This document shows, piece after piece, positions 56,545 through 64,000 of a stretch of DNA of 64,000 bases (its first letter is position 1; the number at the start of each line of letters is the position of its first letter). This DNA comes from the human T2T-CHM13v2.0 reference genome, Homo sapiens. Made by a program: the position numbers and the translations under genes. Where the stretch lies: NCBI RefSeq assembly GCF_009914755.1, contig NC_060939.1; one strand, written 5' to 3'. Under the pieces are notes generated by a model that searched no databases, was not told where the DNA came from, and worked only from the letters and a program-made list of their open reading frames with translations.

Positions 56545-57724
56545 AAATTACCTCATTTTGAAGAAACATCTTTATGTGTTATACTTAACTTTATAGTTCA
56601 GTAGTAGTCTTGTGATCTAAGTAGCTACAATCTTAACTGTTTTTGATTCACTTTGAAGTTTGTATGGCATGATAGATTGTGTAAGAAGGGTTAAAGATTT
56701 ATTGTCTGTTAACAACATAGAGCTCAGGATCAAATGAATATCATGAACTAAGTTTTTTTAACCTTAGCCTTAATTTTTATTTTTATATATTATTAATATA
56801 TATATATATATGAATAATAGTTTTTTTCCTATAGGATGTGTAGGACTTTAGTGTTTTTAAAAAAATTATTCCCTTCACTAGCAAGAGCTTGAAAATGGAT
56901 AATTTGTAGCTAAATGATAATTTAAATTTAAATGATAATTTGTAGCTAAATGATAATTAGCCCAGTTGGGTCTGGCATGAGATGTATGAGATGTGTCATT
57001 CTAAATCATGTAAATGGCCCAAACTGCCCGGATTTCTGATTGGAAGACGAAGGGAGGATTTTAGGTGAAGAACACGGTGGTGGTTCCCGACTCCTTAAAT
57101 AGGTTGTCATGAACCTACTGAACTATGTTTATTTCTCCCTTTCCCTTCAGTTATTTATACTAAAGACTTGCTAAGACAAGAAATGACAGACAAGCATGTT
57201 TAAATAATCCCATCACTACTTCTATTTTGACAACCTAGATAATCTTGAGAACTTTTTCACTATCACATATTAAAGAGTTATTCAAAGATATGTGGCCATT
57301 ATTGGTAATTATGAGCGAGTCCTCCTCATATTGCTGTGTTTATTCAGAAAATTCTTATGCTTAGAGTCTACTTAAAGATCACAGTGACAGGGAGACAGGA
57401 TTCATTTTTAAATGGTCAGACTACATTTTTAGAAAAAGTTTTTCCCTTTAGAGTAGAAGTTTAAGCACCCTTGGATACCCTTGGTTTAGAACCAGAATTC
57501 TACATGTAGGACCAGTTAACAATTTTGTTTCTTCCCACAGACTGGAAGGTGTACTGGGGGGAACTGCCAACAGGAAGTGTCAGGTATCTTGCAGCACCAG
57601 AGTCGGAAATGATAATGAAAGCTGCTAACATTTGTGTATTACTTTAGAATCTACAGAGCACCTTTATGTGCATTATCTCATGTGATTCTCAAAGCAGTTG
57701 TGAGATTTATGAAACTACATATAT

Positions 57725-59048
<1,324 letters not shown>

Positions 59049-60379
59049 GCTGGTGGTATTATTAACCCTCTTTACAGTTGGAGAAAACTAAGCTGAAGTT
59101 AAAAGTCTTATTCACAATACCCAGGTAAGGTGATCCAGTTGGGATGTAAACTTGGACCTTCTTATTGTGGAGTCTGGGTTCTTTCCACTTACTCTCCTGT
59201 GGTACTGTAGTATTCCTTTCTTAACATTTGCTTTTCCATTAATTTTGTCATTTGTCTTGCCGGACAAGGACAGGACACAATCTAATTAAAATAGATTCAA
59301 GAAAATTATTTATTAATAATAGATACAGTTATTTCAATGCAAAAAATAGTCATTGCAGTGCCAGAAATATTTATCATATGCTTGCTATGTGTAAGGCAGT
59401 GTGCCAAACATTGCTGGTATGTGAGTATTTGCATATGTACTAGGAGACATTGTGCTGTGAATGTTTTTTTTTTTTTTTTTTACTGTGGCTCTTTTTCCCT
59501 AGATACATATTTAAGGGGTAGAGGTAGGTGTATAACAATTGTAAATTATGTCATTATCCATTAATTCAAATGACTTAGGATTTTTATATTATATAAATAT
59601 GCAGAAGTGTTATATATATAGCATTTGTTTACATGTACCTCCTTTTAGTGCACTATCATTTCATAATTAGAGTAATACTATACACCCGTTAAATGATATT
59701 GTTTCATAATTGTAACATTATACACTCATTAAATGATACATATTTGCTAACCACAGTTAAGCACTTTATGTTGTTGCGTTTAATTCTCACAGTAGCTTCA
59801 TGAGTTGGTCTTATTTTTCCCATGTTTCAGGTGAGCAAACAGACTTAAATTGACTCACCCAAGGCGTAATAAATATTATAAGGTGGATTTAAATCTAATT
59901 TTTATGCTACCTACAATGTGAAATACTCTTCCTATTGTGGATGTATTTTGTTCAGGCTTTCAAGTATCATTTTAATTCTCATGTTCAGGATTTGGTGAGT
60001 AAGTCTATTCTGTTTAAACATTTTTTGACTTACACATTTTGAGCCTGTCCTTTTAAAGTTTTTGCCTGATTTATGAAACACTGTAGTTTATCCTAAAGAA
60101 GTCTTATGGCAGTATCATTTTACTAACTTATGGAACATTCTTCTGGTCTATAAAGTTGTGTTAGGTTAGTGATCAGTATCCACAAGTAAAAAGAGGTGGA
60201 TATATTTTTGTGCTAGTTTATAATAGCAGGCTAATGCTTGGTGTGCATTTCTTTTCTGGGTCATCATGATAGTTTGGGGTCTATCTTTATAAAAAATGAT
60301 AGTAATATTCATAAAGCTTATCTTTGCTTCTACATTAAGAGAAGTAAATTTATTAAAATTTCTTGTGTCAGTATAAGGA

Positions 60380-61240
60380 CTTTTTAAAACTTTTAGGTTC
60401 AAGGTTACACGTGCAGGTTTGTTATATAGGTAAATTTTATGTCACGGGGTTTGATGTACAGATTATTTCGTCACTGAGGTAATAAGCATAATACTCAATA
60501 GGTGGTTTTTTTGATCTGTTCCCTCCTCCCACCCTCAAGTAGGCCCTGGTGTCTGTTCCCTTCTTTGTGTACATGTGTACTCAATGTTTAGCTCCCACTT
60601 ATAAGTGAGAACATGAGATATTTGGTTTTCTATTCATTCATTAGTTAACTTAGGATACCCATGGCTTCCAGGTCCATCCATGTTGCTGCAGAGGACATGA
60701 TCTCATTCCTTTTTATGGCTGTGTAGTATTCCATGGTGTACATGTACCATGTTTTCTTTATCCAGTCTGCCTTTGATGGGCATTTAGGCTGATTCCATGT
60801 CTTTTCTATTGTGAATAATGCTGTGATGAACATACATGTGCATGTGTCTTTATGGTAGAATGATTTATATTCCTTTGGGTACTTACCCAGTAATGAAGTT
60901 GCTGGCTTGAATAATAATTCTAACTTCTTTCAGAAATCGCCAAACTGCTTTCTGCAGAAGCTAAACTAATTTACATTCCCATGAGCACTGTATAAGCATT
61001 CCCTTTTCTTCATATCCTTGCCAGCATCTGTTATTTTTTGACTTTTTAAGAATAGCTATTCTGCTGGTGTGAAGTGGTATCTTTTGGTTTTGATTTGGAT
61101 TCTTCTAATGATTAGTGATGTTGAGCATTTTTTCATGTGTTTGTGCTTGTTTATGTATGTCTTTTTTTTTTAAGTGTCTTCATACCCTTTGCCTACTTTT
61201 TAATGGGGATATTTGTTTTTTGCTTGTTAATTTGTTTAAA
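60380..61240 (-). mobile_element. L1 (L1PB/old L1PA) 3' end
   Basis: ORF2 C-terminal remnant MFITALFTIEKTWNQPKCPS and L1 3'UTR (gctcccacttataagtgagaacatg). Confidence 0.88.
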
Positions 61241-61457
61241 TTAATGTAAGGATGTATTAATGGCAATGGCAAGTAATATAGGATTAATTATATCTTAGAT
61301 ATTTAACATCAAATTTTATAAATGAAAACAGGTAAGAAATAAGAGAAGGTAGAACTATTTGTGTGTGTGTTTATTCACTAGCAGTATTGAAAACAGAAAA
61401 CTCTCAAGACAGAAATTCATGTTTGTTACTAGAGAGCTCTTAGAAATTATTACTCCT

Positions 61458-61756
61458 GGCTGGGAGTGGTGGCCTATACCTGTAATCCCAGCACTTTGGG
61501 AGGTCCAGGTGGGCAGATTGCTTGAGCCCAGGAGTTTGAGACCAGCCTGGGAAATAAGATGAAACCCTGTCTCTACCAAAGATTTAAAAAATTAGCCTGG
61601 TGTGGTGGTGCGAGCCTATAGTCTCAGCTACTCTGAAAGCATAGGTGGGAGGATTGCTTGATCCTGGGAGCTGGAGGTTGCAGTGAGCCATGGTTGTGCC
61701 ACTGCACTCCAGCGTGGATGACACAGAGAGACCCTGTCTCCTCCTCCAAAAAAGAA
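61458..61756 (+). mobile_element. AluJ
   Basis: J-type diagnostics; TSD agaaattat(t/c)actcct. Confidence 0.93.
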
Positions 61757-61799
61757 AGAAATTATCACTCCTTTTTGTATACTTTTTGTGTACATTACA

Positions 61800-62470
<671 letters not shown>

Positions 62471-62839
62471 TATGGTACACCCACGATATGATCGTATCAT
62501 ATTTGAATGTTAGTCAGTGACCAAGAAGAATTCTACCACATTTTCTTATTGTTGTACTTTAAATATGGTTGAATTTTCTCTGTAGAGCAATTACCAGTAT
62601 GAGTCAAAGGCCATGATTTATGTAGGCTATAGCTCTGCAATTTAGATTGTTTACTAAAATTTAGTCTTAAGAGTGGATGCAGAATATTATTTCTTGTTTT
62701 CTTAATCTTATCAGGTTGCAAATTAGCATCTCAATCAAAAGAGGATGTGTGTATGTGGTTTTGTGCCAAACAGTGCTATCCTATTCTAATCACAACCTCT
62801 GAAGTAAACTTCCATTGGTACTTTTGAGTTGCTTCTGCC

Positions 62840-63030
62840 CAGATCAAGGTCCAGCTCTTTTACTTACCAGTTATGTGGTTCTGGACTTCTGTAAGCCATA
62901 GTTTCCTCATCTGTAAAATGAGGATAATCATCAGGATTAAATATAATCCTTGTAAAGCATTGAACCATATCTGCACATAGCAAATACTGAAGTGTTGAGT
63001 GCGTGTTAATATTAGTGGTAGTAGTAGTAG
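62840..63030 (+). mobile_element. MIR
   Basis: agtttcctcatctgtaaaatgaggataat core. Confidence 0.8.
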
Positions 63031-64000
63031 TAATTCATTGCAAGGAGACATTAAAAGTTCCTAATGTAGAATAAGAACTAGGTAATACATGACAAACACT
63101 TATGGGGGACTATCTAGGATAATTTTAGGAGTCTTCAGTGTTTCATGGAATCAAAGAAGTTTGGATTAGGAGAGGGTTTTGATTAGCATCTTTTCTTCCT
63201 TAATTTTATAGATGAGGGTGCTACATCTTGGAATGATAAAATAACTTGCTGGAACTATTACAGTTGCATGTGTCAGTCTCAGTGGAAACTTGGTCTTCAT
63301 GACTGTAAGTTCAGTGTTGTTTCCACTGAATGTTGCCTTGGTCAATTTTTTCCTATAATTTTGCCCCTGGTAACCCCAGTGTCTTTAAAGGGAAATGATT
63401 TGTTTGGGAAGTCATCTTTTTCTTTATTTTTAGGGATCATTGATATCAGTAATCAACACTGATTCTTAAAGTGTAGGTAATATAAGTTGGAAGAGAAATA
63501 CCTCATTTGCCTCCTTAAAGGAACACAATAGTATAATAATGTTTTTTGTCAGAATCTCTTCATGAATCCCTCCAGCAAGTTAATGAAAATCTCCAAAAAC
63601 ACTATTCAGATTCTCATGATAGCCAGAAGGGTATTGGCAGTAGATTGATTATTTAGCTTATAGATGAGTTGCTTGTTTACTCTTACACATTTGAAAAATA
63701 CAGAAAGGTACAGAAAAGATAACCTTATCTATATCCTTATCCAGAATTGACATGGATATCATCTTTGCGTTAGATTTTTAAAAATCCATTGTTTTTTTGT
63801 GGAGATAATTATAATTGAGTTAGACCATTAAATCTATCTTATCTAAAGATAAGAGATTTTAAAAATGTGATTTTTAGCTTGGGGCTACTTAGGACATTTG
63901 GTTAGGCAGTGTACTAATAGAGATAGTAAGCGTATATGTGGATCAGCAAACTGTTTTCTTTGATTATCAAAAGCCCTTGTTTGCCAAACCACAATTTAGA

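Overview
Human/primate genomic DNA covering about 35 kb upstream of SPRED1, its CpG-island promoter, exon 1 and the first ~27.5 kb of intron 1 (+ strand). The only protein-coding sequence I can support is the 32-nt coding part of exon 1 (36465-36496, MSEETATSDN-, then a GTAAGC donor). Exon 2 is not in the window. The rest is unique non-coding DNA plus interspersed repeats: 26 Alus (most with visible target-site duplications, TSDs), L1/L2/MIR fragments, MaLR LTRs and hAT/Tigger MERs. Most ORFs in the supplied track are repeat-derived or chance ORFs. I found no evidence of a wholly new biological system. The best lead is a possible translational-control module in the SPRED1 5'UTR: a strong-Kozak 40-codon uORF (below the ORF-track cut-off) encoding a Leu-rich peptide and ending 7 nt before the main ATG, preceded by competing hairpin/G4 folds. 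Other leads are candidate cassette or poison exons in intron 1, AP-1/TEAD/MiT-motif clusters, a head-to-head Alu pair 14 bp apart and a twin-primed L1. Repeat subfamily names and most repeat boundaries were assigned by eye and are approximate.
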